From Lophium mytilinum (taxonomy: Eukaryota): a stretch of DNA of 64,000 nt. The notes beneath the pieces are model-generated. The model saw only the letters and a list, made by a program, of their open reading frames with translations, did no database searches and was not told the DNA's origin. This document shows, piece by piece, positions 48,217 through 60,769 of the stretch. Where the stretch lies: the NCBI GenBank assembly GCA_010093605.1, contig MU004181.1, positions 3,658,001 to 3,722,000 of the forward strand, read 5' to 3'. How positions within the stretch are numbered: the stretch's first letter is position 1; each line of letters starts with the position of its first letter. The translations under genes and the position numbers were made by a program.

Positions 48217-48920
48217 CTCCTCTCTGCATTCCCGATATGAGGAATAATGAATGAGGTTCGAGGAATTCCGAGCGGAGGGTTAGAGGAGCTATACCATGAT
48301 CTCGTTTCCTATATAGAGCTGCGTTCAAGCGCGCTGGATGCCTTATATCATTTATTTGCCGTTTCTTTCCCGAAGCTCGTCTTCCTTGTTTTAACATTTC
48401 GTACTATATTACAGGTTTGCGAGGACCCGACATTATTCAAAAATGGTAATCACCTCTGTTATTTAAACCTTACCCAATCTTAGTTCAAAGAGCCTGGATC
48501 GGAAAATCTTGCGTCTGCTTTCCGGTATAGTAGGCTAGCTGTTGAGGGTGACGATCAGCGCTCGAACATAAAGCTTCCAGAGAAGAAACAAAGCATAGAA
48601 CCGTGACTCATGTCGCGTAAGGAACGGCTGCATATCAATACCAGGAAGGATATGTTTGTCCGAGCCATGTGTTTTGAAAGTGGGAGACTTGTTGGCGAGA
48701 TCCTTTGCAATCCCGGATTCCGCTATAAATTCCGGATGGGAGAGATCCGCATTGAGCATCGTACCCAATCACAAGACCTAGGTTGTCGAAGAACCAAAAG
48801 TTGGGGAATCTGGGGTAAACATATCATGGACGGACTATTTAAGGAGCCTTGCGCCCCGGCTGATCATAGCTTATGAGTTCTCTAGCCCGAAGACACTCAC
48901 AAGGTTGCTTTTGGACTGAA

Positions 48921-50693
48921 ATGAGGCTGTTTAAATCATCCAAAAATGAGAACGAGTTGGCAGTCGGCCCAGAGCTTGCAGCCGTAAGTGAATTTGACAA
49001 AAATTGAATATTACCAGTGTCCAGGCGCGACACGCTGACAATGCAGCAAGGTCCTGCCAGATGATCCGAAGCCATGGTACCGGACACGCCACCTCATACT
49101 ACTCAACCTCATGTTGATAGTGCCAATGCTTTCTCCTGGAGTATATGGCTATGACGGCTCGATGGTCAACGGACTTCAGACGCTCCCACAGTGGTGGAAC
49201 TACTTTGGCCAGCCAAAGTCGAGCGTGCTTGGAGCCCTGAACGCGATGTGGGCTACCTCCCACTGTAATACCGCAACATGTTTCTAATGCGACGCCAAGG
49301 TACCCTCTAGGAAAGCTGGTGGGCGTGCTACCCGCGACGTTCATCGGAGATCGCTGGGGCCGCAAAGTCCCTCTTACTTTCGGCCTCGTTGTAGCGGTGA
49401 TTGGGGCGGCGTTGCAAGGAGCGGCGCAGAATCTACCCATGTTTATAGTGGCGCGGTGGATTGTGGGTTTTGCATGCGCGTTCATCAGCCAGCCTGCTCC
49501 AATCTTGGTCACAGAGTTAGCGTATCCAACACAGCGTGGAAAGGTGACTGGGCTGTACTATACTTTCTACTGGATAGGCGCCATCTTGGCTGCATGGATT
49601 ACCTATGGAACTTTCAGGATGCCGAGTTCTTGGTCATGGAGGATCCCCTCCATTCTTCAAGGGTTGATTCCATTCATTCAGCTCCTGTTTGTGTGGTTCG
49701 TTCCTGAATCTCCAAGGTTGGTTTCGTCGGAACTAAGGTTCTGCCTTTCAACACGTACCAGCTTCACTGACACGTCTTACTAGATGGTATATCGCCCACG
49801 ACGACATTCCCGCTGCTCGCCGCATCCTCACGAAATGGCACGCAGGTGGTGACGAGACGTCTCGCTTAGTAGACTTCGAAATGGCTGAGATGATATCCCA
49901 TATCGAAGCCGAACGCCTGATCGCCTCGCAGTCTTCCTACGTGGACTTGATTCGCACAGCACCAAATCGCAAACGGACCTTCATCTCTTTCGTCGTCGGC
50001 TTCTGGGGCACCTGGGGAGGTATTGCAGTGATCTCGTACTATCTCACACTCGTTCTGAAATCCATCGGCATCACCAAGACCAGCGATCAAGCCCTCATAA
50101 ATGGCATGCTCCAGCTTTTTAATTACCTTTGCAGTGTGGGCGCCGGCGTGCTCATTGACCGGATTGGCCGACGTACTCTCTGGCTTACGTGTGCTCTGGG
50201 CATGCTGCTGTCGTATATCGGATGGACAATCCTCGCCTCTGTTTTTGCGCGGACAGGTGACCATGCGGTCGGAAACTCGGTCATCGCGTTTGTGTTCATC
50301 TACTCCTTTTTCTACGACATCGGCTTCACGCCACTGCTTCAGACGTATGCGATTGAGATTTTCCCGTACACGCTGCGTGGGCGAGGATTTACGGTTAGCT
50401 TGGTGAGTACGTACGTCGGCCTGATTATTGGTCAATTTGTGAACCCGATTGCGCTGGGCGATATTGGATGGAAGTATTATATCGTTTTTTGCATTCTCAT
50501 ATTCATGTTGCTGGTATTCGTGTACTTATTTTTCCCCGAAACTTCGGGTAAAAGCCTTGAAGAGATTGCGATATGTTTTGGGGATGAGAAGACTGTGGAT
50601 GTAGATGGGAAGTTGAGGGTGGAAATGGGAGATGAGGAGACCAAGGAGGTGGATACGAGGGTAGAGGATGTGAAGGCAGGCAAAGTTGAATAG
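48921..50693 (+). CDS. MFS sugar porter (lactose/cellobiose permease-like), 4 exons
   Basis: GYDGSMVNGLQ, GDRWGRK, TELAYPTQRG, WSWRIPSILQ, VPESPR|W, IDRIGRR, EIFPYTLRGRG, FPETSGKSLEEI. Confidence 0.92.
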
Positions 50694-51800
50694 AATACGC
50701 TATTGTTCTGCCGGTAGCGATCGGCTTCATGAACTAAGATGAGGTCCCTCTTATGTTCGAGCAACATTAAATCGAAAAATTAGATAGATGACTTGTCAAG
50801 CAAATTCTAATGATTTTGATTAGAAGATCCTATATTCAAGCATAAGACAAACCTTGGATTTGCCTCTGGCTAGATTCAGAGCAGGAAAGGGAGGGAAGGC
50901 CGTTACATCCTCTCTGCGATCGTGAGTTGAAGGGAGATGAAAAGGAAGAGTTTGGGAACGAAGATCTAACTTATCTTGGGTAGAACTAGCTTATGTAATG
51001 CGGGCAGACTTAGGATGCCCTAGACCTCCCCGGTGTCCGCCACCAACACTCAAGCCGAATCATGGAGCATGGGATGAGTTACAGGCTTGATGCGGTCTTT
51101 GGCCCTCCATCGCTGATCGAACTCGATTGCCAGCATGGCTCATCAATTCTCGAGGCTTTCTCATCGTTTCAGCGCGTCTCTTGTTGCCCTATCTCCTTTC
51201 TCCAACCTTTCACATGTCGGTATCATTTGTTTGGGCCCTGCTGGATGTCCGAAACAAATCCGCGAGCGATGGTCTCAACGGAGCGTGTGTTGTCGATGCA
51301 GGGCCATGACCTGAACTTAAGGACCAAGAAGACGAATAGTTCGAGGAGCTCAGAGATGCGGTGCTATCTATGTTCATCCTGGAGTCAGGGCTGTCACGGA
51401 CAGCCTCCAAAGTGCGGAACGTGAGAGCACCTCTACTACACGTCGACTGACGCAAAGTCTTGACACGATTCCTCGTTTCCGGGCTTAGTATAGGTGTTAA
51501 GATGCAACTGTACGCTTGATAGTAGATGGATTACTTTCCGCTCCGAACGAACACCCCGCAAGTACACGCCGCGATGTTGCTGATGAGCGTGAGTTCATCG
51601 CTGGTCATTTCATTTCTTCTTACAGAGAAACAAGCTTCGAGATTGTTTTCAATGAGGTTGCAGCTTTTGGTGTCTTCTCGTTATGTTGGCAAAATATCAC
51701 AGCAACGGATAGTCACTCTTACGATATTCTTGGGCGAAAGGCGGCGCAAAGTACAATAAACACCACACAGGCACTCCCAAAGGGCAAAAAACAATTCATT

Positions 51801-51882
51801 TGACAAGAGTGGGATTCGAACCCACGCGGGATGTCCCACAAGATCCTTAGTCTTGCGCCTTAGACCACTCGGCCATCTTGCC
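51801..51882 (-). tRNA. tRNA-Leu(AAG), intronless, long variable arm
   Basis: GGCAAGATGGCCGAGTGGTCTAAGGCG-CAAGA-CTAAGGA-TCTTG-...GGGTTCGAATCCCACTCTTGTCA. A and B boxes present; downstream T6 Pol III terminator. Confidence 0.97.
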
Positions 51883-52159
51883 TTTTATGCTAGGACATCG
51901 AAAATACATGCACTGAATGCGCCATGACTTCATATTGCCGCCATTGCTCACCATTCACCCATGAAGCATCGACGGCCGTGTGGTTTGCCTGAGTTTAATC
52001 AAAGGACGGTTTTGGGAGGGAATAGTCTAGAGATTTGCTTGCAAGCTTTCTAAAGCGGCATCGCAAGGCCACAAAAGAGCTTCACCAATCCATACGCATC
52101 TATTATTTGCTCCACTCATCTAGTTCTGTACATAGCCCCGGAGACTCCCTGTGCACTAG

Positions 52160-53440
52160 CCATTTCTGCAAATTTTCCAAAATCCGCGCTTCTTACTGAA
52201 GCCTAACCTGGTCTAGCGAAACTGTCTTCGACAACCATGTATATCGCAAACCTGAAGCCTTATTTTAATCGTTGCAGCAAACAGTACGTCCATTATTCAC
52301 GAGAGCTCGGGCATCTAGGCAAATTTATAGTATTTAAATTGGCCTCACTGCTATCTGAAATAGGTGGCGAGTTTACTAATCTTTTAGAATGACAATCTAG
52401 GTCTAATTCAAGTCACCTAGTAAATATTATAGCACTTCATACAGCAATAGACAAAGACCAAGATATATAAGAGACTTATCCGCGCGGACTACCTAGAGCT
52501 TAACTTAAAGGACTAGAGGCAGCTTAGATCTTTTAGAATAATAATCTAGGTCTAATTTAAGTTACCCAGTAAACATTATGGCACTTCATACAGCAACAGA
52601 CAAAGACCGAGATGCACAAGAGACTCATCCGCGCGGACCACCTAGAGCTTAGTTCGAAGGACCAGAGGCAGCTCAGATCACGCCGGCGAGACTTAAACAT
52701 TTGGATCGAGAACGCCCCTACAGTACTTGGACTTTCACCCCAACAACAACGGCCTCCGATAGTTGACTTGATGCGTTAGAAACTATCAAAAATCCGAAAT
52801 TTGACCGATGACTTGCTCTCTCGTTTTGCTGGTACTTGTCTGGTGACTCTTGACAGCTTCTACGGCGCCATCATTATCATGCCGACTGTGAAGGGAGCTG
52901 ATGGGCCGGCCGGCCTAGCGCTCTACTTCAATATCCGAGCTTGCCCTCTCAGCTCAATCCTCTTCGCTATTGCACAGGCTTTAGGCACGTAAGGGATCTC
53001 CGGTCTGCTAGACGAAAAGCATCTGGGTGATCGCAAACGTTGCGGTCTGATTTCCACTGCCGGTATGGCTACTATCATCCTGGAAGGCTAGATAAATTTA
53101 CTGCTTGATTGTAAAACCATCCCGATGACGCCCTGCGCCCAATGAACTAAGACCGGAGCGACGGTCCTCGCCCGCTACGCTAGTATCTTCAAGGTAGAGA
53201 AACGTTTGTTGGAGGCTTGGTAGTCTCATTCTGCGCGGAGCCTTCTGGTATTAGCAAGCTCAAGGTAGTCACGTTGAAACACCACCATCCATGCGGAAGG
53301 ACTTAACTGAACGATCGTAGCTGCGCTGCAAGGTGTTGAAAACACGATTGTACCTACTTCCGGGACCCACAAAAGATTTCTACCTAGGTACTTCAAAGGT
53401 GCGGAGACGAAAACTCCGGTGGGTATGTCGAGTTTAGAGG
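52160..53440 (+). pseudogene. Possible decayed coding relic of unknown family
   Basis: Protein-like runs (TLWHFIQQQTKTEMHKRLIRADHLE...; DDLLSRFAGTCLVTLDSFYGAII...) broken by frequent stops and frame changes. It overlaps the mutated duplication. Confidence 0.3.
52381..52679. repeat. Head-to-tail 149 bp tandem duplication with RIP-like transitions
   Basis: The copies start TTTTAGAAT at 52382 and 52531. Differences are C/T or G/A, e.g. GATATATAAG vs GATGCACAAG and AACTTAAAGG vs AGTTCGAAGG. Confidence 0.9.
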
Positions 53441-53768
53441 TCAGTTCTTGAGTCTAGGGATGGACACATGGTGGGCATGCAATACCTTATATATACATAT
53501 CAAGGCCTAGGTCCTCCTTTGCTCCGTAGTCATGCCTTGCGCACAACAGTTCTTTCCATGTGGTATGTCCTAGGGCACTATGACATCGATAGCTAAGCAG
53601 ACTTCATCGGGTAATTTCTGATCTGACACAGAGTTGAAAATCAGGGAGTATTTTGTAATTACTGGAGGATGGGGACATAACTAAGGACCTTTAGACACCT
53701 CCACAATCTATGCACCACAAACACCAAGACGCTATCTCCTGCTAGGATCTATAGACCAGGAAAGGCTT

Positions 53769-55075
53769 TCAAATTAGGATGAACCCACCAGAAAACTCAT
53801 CGAGTTTTGCACAGAAAACATCAACATACTCAGAACTGTCGTCGTACTCTTCCTGACCTAGAGCCTTTGTTAGCGGGTAGAGCTAGAATAGAGCATAGCT
53901 TAGCTTACTATATTCAATCCACATCGCATGCAACCACTCATAGGTGTTTATGGCCTCCTCTTCATCGTCCACTAACAAAGAGTACTTCTCGATGTCGAAT
54001 GCTTTGTTGAAAGGATGGTTGTCCTTAACGCATAACAAGAAAGTGGCGCTTAGAGCGAGAAGGTACTGTCTGAAGTCTTGTGAAGCCGAAGCCAAAGCAT
54101 CGGTATAGTCGCCAGCAATTTCTAGGTCATGCTGGACGAGGCTCAGAATGCACAGTGTACAGAAAACGAAGGGCCAATCGCGGGGATCCTTACGGAGCAA
54201 GGTCTTATGTGCTAAGCGAACGGTATTGATGAGCACAGAGTGACAAGGTTCTTTAGTACTCTCAGGGAGTTCGGTGTCTTTTGGTAGCCTCCATACTTCG
54301 ACTCTGGGACTGTAACCCCCACCGCGTGTATCCTTGTACGCCTCCGAGATGCATCCGTGAAAGTTGTCGTCATCAATCCCAGGCAGGCGTGGCGGCCAGC
54401 AATAAGTGATGTTGGCAAACTCCTGAGAAGTGAGCAGACACCGTAGCGCCAATGTGATGAGCATTGAATTATCGATTGGGCTTGGAGTTTCAGATATCTG
54501 TGACAGCCGCTGTTCCTGATATTTAGCGAAGAAGCCGATTGCCTTCACGATGACTTCTTCGTAGAGGCCACTCCATCGCTTACTTAGATCTTTGAACTGA
54601 CCTAGGAACGCGAAGACAGCGTGCCGTAGGTCAGGTGAACCGTAGAGTTCTGCGCAACGAGGTAGATCGACCATAATGCTAGTCTTCAACTCGTTTTCGG
54701 GAACTTCGCTGTAGTCGGAGTAGACCTTCAGATTTTGCCCGTGACCTCTGAAATGCCACATACCATCTTCGGACTTGCATACGCCTTTGACAAAAGAATG
54801 TTAGCATAAATGCCGATTCGGAGGGGGGGGACTAACCGCGAAAATCTGAAATGAATTTCTCCGCGTTTATGATATCTCCTTTTTGGCAATTCATATGGGG
54901 GTATTGGTTCTTATCATTTGCACAAAGGTCGCACCACCCGCCGTTGTCGTCGCACTACCTCATGTCAGTTTATGTACTGTACGTATGTGGAACTAGGGCA
55001 GGCAAAACGAACCGGCTCATCCAGAAGAATGCATCTCCAGCATCTCCTGTCTGTCAGTTTCAGTAAGTCTGACAT
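53769..55075 (-). CDS. Hypothetical protein with atypical Zn2Cys6-like N-terminus; 4 exons
   Basis: Splicing gives MSDLLKLTDRRCWRCILLDEP|CDDNGGWCDLCANDKNQYPHMNC...FRG|VCKSEDGMWHF, in frame with ORF 53883..54761. Last exon is SQEEYDD...FILI*. All three introns have GT donors and CTRAC branch points. Confidence 0.72.
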
Positions 55076-55543
55076 GGTGACAACTTGAGTTCCCGTTGAT
55101 GCTTGCCCTCGCAGTTGAACCCGATTCAAAGATACCCCATTCAAAGGATCAATAAATCATTCCATGCCTCGAGCTGCGGCGAGGCCGAAAGGATGAAGCT
55201 GAATTAGGTGTAGTTGCTTCAGAGGACAGCTCGTCAATAGAACGTGGTGAAAGAGATGGCTGTTGCTTGAGAGCGAAAGCCGTGGAGTTGCGAGGCCCAC
55301 GTGAACACGTAACGCGTTGGCGTTCATAAATTAACCACTCTTGGCGTGTACAAATGCTCATTCACAACTTTGCATAATAATGCGGATCCAGTCATATGAA
55401 GTGCCTATAAGCTCAGGGCGCAATTTATTGTGAACATAATGTCGTCAAAGATGGCTTTTCAAGTACTCAATCACCCTATCATGTGTCATGCTGTACAGAG
55501 CAATGACCTTCGACAAAGTCCGTTCTTGCTTCATGACACACCC

Positions 55544-56171
55544 TCAACTACTCAGTATCATCGCGTAGGAGCTTGCCCCGACCGCCAGAGCGCCAATGTA
55601 GCACCTCCACATATTCAGCCTCGCCCAGGTCTCAACAATTGTCCGCATCTCTATCTTGTCAGCCCATTGCTTCGCAGCCTCGCTCGCGCTATGCCGATCT
55701 ACCCTTCCAACATACTCAAGCTCAAACCCGTCATCTCGCAGTAAGTCCGCCGCTTTCCATTTGCCCGCGCCATTGACCGCGGGCTCTATATACCCTAGCG
55801 TGATCGGTATGATAGACGCGACGCAGAGAGCCGCAAGGGTATTGGCGGAACGGGATAGAGAACTGGCGGCAGGATTGATGTACGCAAGGAAGATGTTTGA
55901 GAGGGTGCCGCTGACAACAAGGGGTGGAACGAACGATGGGCCAAGGGCGTAGGCGTGGTACCATTGCTTTGCGAGTTGCTTTTCGGTAGGAGAGGTAGAG
56001 AGAAGGGTAGCCATCGTAATGCGGCTGTAGGAGTAACAGATTGCTAGAGCATTTGTCAAAATTGACTGTCTAAGACTCGAAGGGCAGGATTGACGTACCG
56101 CTGTACATAGCTGGAGCTGTGATGCCAATCGCTTGGAAGATAGGGATTAGTGCACCGGAGTAGTCTGTCAT
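55544..56171 (-). CDS. DUF1772 / anthrone-oxygenase-like small membrane protein; 2 exons
   Basis: Exon 1 MTDYSGALIPIFQAIGITAPAMYS is spliced (GTACGT...TAG) to ...LAKQWYHAYALG...IIPITLGYIEPAVN...IVETWARLNMWR, which is the DUF1772-type pattern. Confidence 0.7.
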
Positions 56172-58258
56172 TCTGGCCGTTGAGAAGTCCAGACATCGGT
56201 GTGAGCTGGGGGTATGTTATCATGGGAATTCTATGTTAGTTAGAGCTACGTGTTTGAGTATTGGTTTGATGTTACACAAGTGTTGATCTGGCGTTGACGG
56301 ATGACGGAACGTGCTGGTGGGTGACCCAAGCTTCGAACCACTCACGAACCAGCCACCTGCACCTCTGTCATCCATCTCAACAGCCATCTCTCAGAGCGAA
56401 CGCGCATACAATGGCGAAGCCTGTCTCGCTGTACTACCAATATTATGCCGTGAATTATAACTACTGTACACAATACTTAGGACCCAGTCTCTGAAATCTC
56501 CGACAATTCCTCCATTGGAACTACCCAGCTCCGTATTGATGTTACACGATCAATATCATCTATCCGTGGTACTCTAAACTGCTCAACCTGTCGCCTAGCT
56601 AGTAAGACGACCGATCTATACTGCCTTCTCTGTGTCGCGATTGGTGTGTCTGATCTCACTGTTGATTTGGCTGGGAGTCTATTGGTATGCACCGATTTAT
56701 CTAGCTGAGCTGCTTTCATCGTGGCTTGGGCAAGCTTACTCGTGGTTACTAGATCGAATTTGAGCTGAAGCTAGGCACCCTTCACTATCTGCTCAGGCAC
56801 CGCTTTGTTCAGAAAATATAGGGTGAGTAGCCCAATATTCGTGCCAATGATGATTGCATTGACGATAGAGATTTATGCTAACGATCGATACGGGGATAGT
56901 CGGTTCCGAAAATATCTGGTATCTTCGCTACATATAGTCTGGAGAGGATCAGTCATTGGAACGTGAAGGTAAACAATCGGGTCTTCTACACAATGTCATA
57001 TGCACGCCCGAAGGCGTCAGGAGCCTTTGCCAAAAAGTTCCGCCTACGACCACTCATCTTGATTGAGACGTCCTCGGCAGTACGCTGCAGAGACCACGCA
57101 CTTTTACTACTTGTATAGAAGATCAGATCCTCCCGAAGTATTACCCATTTCACCCCTCTTAACAGGGCTCAGAGCCCCTCCTGGAGAATGAAGCCAAGTC
57201 TCGAGACAGAACCACCCGATGCTGTAGAACTGCTCCGACGGGTGCCCAATTGCATACGGAACGATACCAATACTCGTCAGGATCAGAATCTTGGTAATGG
57301 GAAACCCATTGCGTGTCTCTCGGGAAGGGGGGCTGATTCATCTGATATGAGTTACAAGGTGACTTAGTTCCAGTTGCTTCATAGGTTCTTGTTCCGTCTG
57401 ATTTTGTTTGGGCGTTCGGTCCCAACAATAGCCATGGTAGTGATCTGTGGGGCTATTCATCTTGGATTGAGGGAGGAAGATAACACTGAAGGTACGTCAG
57501 CGAGGGACATCGTTCAGTACTGGGCTTAAAACTATCGTGAGGTCAGACTGCGACTTATGCCAGGGAAACGTGATACTAAGAGAGTCACTCATGGTAGCAG
57601 AATGCGTACAGCTCATAAGCAAAGCAGCTTAGTATCGAACACCGAAGTTCAATAAATCAACAGTATGTACGAGGTCGTTGACCCTCTCCTTCCACTAGCA
57701 TCATCAGCTTCACCACGGGAAGTCGTTCTTGTGGACTCCTCGCATGTTCCAGTCCTGTTCGAAGGCTATCTTCACGTTTTGGACTCAGGTAATCCTCGAC
57801 CGGGTGGCGCAGCTGCCAAAGTCGACTCTGGGAAGAAACCATTTTGTCAAGACGCTGTCAGTCAAAAATGGTTCCATCTTCGAGCTGCGAGCATGGGAAG
57901 CGTCGAGTCAAAGCGATCCCGAGATAATTGCACACCAGATTTGCATGTCGACAATGCGGCACAGTGCGCACGGATGCCCGCGAGTCATGGCAGACCCCAC
58001 AAACCGCTTGTCTGTTTATCTCCCGCAATTCTTAATCGTAAATCCATATCACGTGTTTCTTGCTGGTGGGGGGTCAGACATGATCGGGACGGCCCTTTGC
58101 AGCTTCGCCGCAATCCCGCCAGAAGCACGCCCCGCATATCTATCAGCTGTTCATTTGTAGTCTCTGAGTACACAGCGCATGTCACTCACTTGCGAGTACT
58201 TCAGATACCTCTGAACCCTTTTTTCGCAGCGTCTACGTGTATCCTTGGAGTTGCTACC

Positions 58259-60151
58259 ATGGCCTTCACTTTTCTATCTGCACTTCCCCTTGTCCCAACT
58301 ATCCTTATCCTCACTGCGGGGTATATGATAAGCTTTGGTGTCTACAGGATCTTCTTCAGTCCCATCTCTCATATACCTGGTCCGTGGCAAGCCAAAGTCA
58401 CATTCTGGTAAGCGTCCAATGCTGTGGACTCCTTTTAGTAGCGACTATTTCAACTACCTCCTCTTTTCACACTCCTCGGAACTGTCTTATGACGATCTTA
58501 TACGTCCCGTAACTATTCTAAGTCGAGCAGGTACGAATTCTATTACGATGTCATCGTCGGCGGCCAGTACATGTTTGAGATTTTCAAAATGCATGAGAAG
58601 TACGGCCCTGTAGTTCGGATCACTCCACATGAAGTCCACATCGCAGACCCCGACTTCTATGATCAGGTGTATGCAGGTGGCACCAAAAGGCGTGACAAAC
58701 CGGAGCTCTTTTCTCGCTCAGGAGGGGTCCCTGAATCTGTCTTCGGGACATCGAAACATGAACTCCACCGGCTACGTAGAGCAGCTCTCAACCCATTCTT
58801 CTCCAAGGCCAAGGTTCGGGCACTACAACCGCAGATGCAGAAAGTGATAGAGACTTTCTTGATGCGGCTTAGAACTTTCCAGTATACTGGTCAGCCAATG
58901 TCGGCGTCATTGGGCTTTGCAGCACTCTCGAATGGTGAGTATTCGGTGACACAAAGCGCGCGAATATACTGAGCATACCTGACAAAACAAGATATCGCTG
59001 TTCAGTACGCCTTCGGGCGAAACGATAATCGCACCGAAGCCGAGGACTTTGCTCCTAGCTTCCATAATGCCTCTTTGAGCGCTGCGAAGTCATCCAAGAT
59101 GATCAAGATTGCGCCCTGGATCTTCCCAGCCATGCAAATGCTCCCAGACTCCATCACTGTCAAAGTCAATCCAGATATGGCTTCATATCTCAATCTTCAG
59201 CGGGTCAGTCACTCTAAACTTCAAGGTCTCACTATGATGTGGATGTTACGGCCTCCTATCACATAGTATAAGGATGAACTAACTCATGATGCTCAGGGCT
59301 TGCGTACACAGATCACCCGAATCCGCGGTGATTTCTCTGCCTCCAAGTTCCCAGACAACATCCCGTCTACAATCTTCCATTCGATTCTTGCTAACCCGGA
59401 CCTTCCCGCTTCCGAGAAATCAACCTTTCGTCTAGGCCAAGAAGGCCAAGTCACCGTGTTCGCAGGCACTGTCACTACCGCCCAGACTCTTTCATGGGCC
59501 ATCTACTACCTCATCTCCCAGCCCTCCGACCTCCGTCGCTTGAAAGAAGAGCTGCTCACCGCAATTCCGAACCCGTGCGAGATGCCACTAGTCGCCGAAC
59601 TCGAAAGCCTACCGATGTTGACGGCATGTATTCAAGAATCACTTCGACTCAGTCACGGCTTCACGACGCGTCTGCCGCGGGAAGCACCCGATGAAGCACT
59701 CGTCTTTGATGCAGGACCCAACTATAACTTCAATGGCGACGAAGAGTTGGAGAGAAAATCGAAACATTGGGTTATTCCTCCCGGAACGCCGATGTCTACA
59801 ATTACTCCTATAATTCACTGGAATGAGCGAATCTTCCCCGAGCCCTATTCATTTGTTCCGCAGCGCTGGATTGAAAATCCAAGGCTGGATCGTTACCTCG
59901 TCTCATTCAACAAAGGGACGAGAGCGTGTGTTGGAATCAACCTCGCTTACTCTGAAATGGCACTCACCCTTGCTTCCGTGTTCCGCAGGTATGGAGCTAG
60001 ATTTGGAGGAGAAGAGACAAAGTTTGAAGGCGACGAGGGTGTGTTGGAACTATGGGAGACTAGTGAAAGAGACGTGAGGATTGTGACTGACGCGACGGTG
60101 CCCACGACCTGGTCGGGCAGTCAGGGTGTCAGGATCAAGGTGACGGAGTGA
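58259..60151 (+). CDS. Cytochrome P450 (CYP58/Tri4-like clan), 4 exons
   Basis: N-terminal TM plus IPGPW; HEKYGPVVRITPHEVHI; I-helix AGTVTT; ESLR; PQRW; heme motif FNKGTRACVG. Confidence 0.95.
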
Positions 60152-60769
60152 CGGAGTGACGACTGCAAGATTTTAGATGACTTTGACGACTTCACGGATG
60201 CATAGTGGCCATGATTGCATGTAACGACCTGATGAGTTACGACTAGAAGAAGCTTTCTTTTCACTCTCATGTTCATTTATCCAGACTGACTAGCATCTCT
60301 TTCATGTTGAACCTATTTTTATATTCAATTAGCTTTTGACAGTTGACTGCGCTTCTGGAAGACACATAATTGACTTGCTGGCCATGCGAAAACATGAATG
60401 ACAACATTGACAGGCATCGGGGTTGGTGCACGTGATCTTCGGAGAAAACTCCCCCGGCATCGGCGCCAAACACCAAGTCAAGACAGCCACCTGCCGCTTT
60501 GAAGCCTCATCAAGCTACGTTGCATTGGCTCTCTCAAGCGCCATGCTGTCAAAGACTAGCCGCGCATTGTTTGTGTCTAGCGAGTTCCAGACCGCTGGCA
60601 GGATTATTGCCCTCTATGTAGATTATTCTGAAATACGTCATAGTTGCTCGCGGGTGCAACTGCCAACAGGTCACCATCACAATGTTTACCATGGACGATT
60701 GAACCATCACCCTCTTCAACACTCCATCCCTACCCTTCGGACAATTACCTCCTCGCGATCTGTGCAGTC

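Noticed and set aside
48535..48768. 77-aa minus-strand ORF with protein-like composition
   Set aside because: Short, with no motif or splice support; it lies in the MFS promoter.
51883..53500. Starship or transposon boundary next to the tRNA
   Set aside because: No recognisable tyrosine recombinase, transposase or RT motifs, and no direct repeats identified.
57159..58258. ORFs 57159..57428 and 57665..58411
   Set aside because: No motifs. The latter only runs into P450 exon 1, whose TM anchor begins at ATG 58259.
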